Assembly: GCA_964016885.1 (NCBI GenBank)
Contig: OZ024743.1
Location: 366,978,001-367,042,000, forward strand
Direction: 5' to 3'
Source of the DNA: Eledone cirrhosa
Lineage: Eukaryota
Length of the DNA stretch: 64,000 nt
Of this stretch, positions 63,501-64,000 are shown piece by piece. How positions within the stretch are numbered: the first letter of the stretch is position 1; each line of letters opens with the position of its first letter. Position numbers and translations under genes: made by a program. The notes under the pieces were generated by a model. That model was not told where the DNA came from and did no database searches. It saw only the letters and a list, made by a program, of their open reading frames with translations.

Positions 63501-63868
63501 CAAATCCCACTTTATATAAATATTCCTACCTGTACATTCACTTGTTTCTGAAGATAACACATGAAACTAAAGAAAGAAAATTGAAATCGTTTTATTTAAA
63601 CAATTTTTTGTGATTTTTGTTAACTGTTTAGAACAAGTTATTCCCCTTTGATTAAAAGCTATTAAATGTTTCTTCATTATTTTTTTTTTGTTCTCGCAGT
63701 TTTAGTAGAAATTTTATCTGAAATTAGTTGTTGAAACTTTGATAGTTGTATGGTACTGTCATTATGTTGGCCTGTATTGTTATCATATTGATTTCATACT
63801 GCCAATATGCTGTTATATTCAGTTCAGTGCAGTAGCAGATACAATAGTATATTAAACTAAATTCTCTA

Positions 63869-64000
63869 TCATCATCATCATCATCATCGTTTAACGTCCA
63901 TATTCCACGCTTGCATGGGTTTGGACGGGAGTTTTCCCACTTGAGGCAAGAGTGGTTGTTTTGCTCGCATAGGACTGTCTGGCTGGTTTTCTACGGCTGG
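63869..64000 (-). mobile_element. RTE LINE 3' end running off the window
   Basis: (CAT)n CGTTTAACGTCCA...GCATGGG, as in the other copies. Confidence 0.85.

Noticed and set aside
60513-63860. Short ORFs downstream of RABIF
   Set aside because: No recognisable domains or consistent splice-phase chains; likely 3'UTR, intergenic DNA and old repeats.

Overview
AT-rich, intron-rich eukaryotic (animal) genomic DNA. The repeat landscape (RTE LINEs with (GAT)n tails, tRNA-derived SINEs with (ATT)n tails) suggests an octopod/coleoid cephalopod; this is inference. Three spliced host genes were reconstructed by hand. SUCLA2 (minus): 5 coding exons seen, one expected exon probably lies in the 200-N gap, and the 3' part runs off the window start. 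PSME3IP1/FAM192A (minus): 6 coding exons, 243 aa, with a U12-type AT-AC intron. RABIF/MSS4 (plus): 2 exons, 149 aa. The rest is mostly transposon-derived: a near-full-length RTE LINE carrying a PHD finger, many RTE 3' fragments, three CRE-like (RT plus restriction-like endonuclease) retrotransposon relics, a very young non-coding LTR element (identical 367-bp LTRs, tRNA-Trp PBS, 4-bp TSD), a Helitron relic, a hAT element, MITEs/foldbacks and SINEs. The most unusual observations are a 339-bp palindrome with strand-biased G.U mismatches, a variant hammerhead ribozyme fold, two local templated copies of real splice sites, and promoter-proximal clustering of the CRE-like elements. Most ORFs in the supplied track are spurious or TE fragments.
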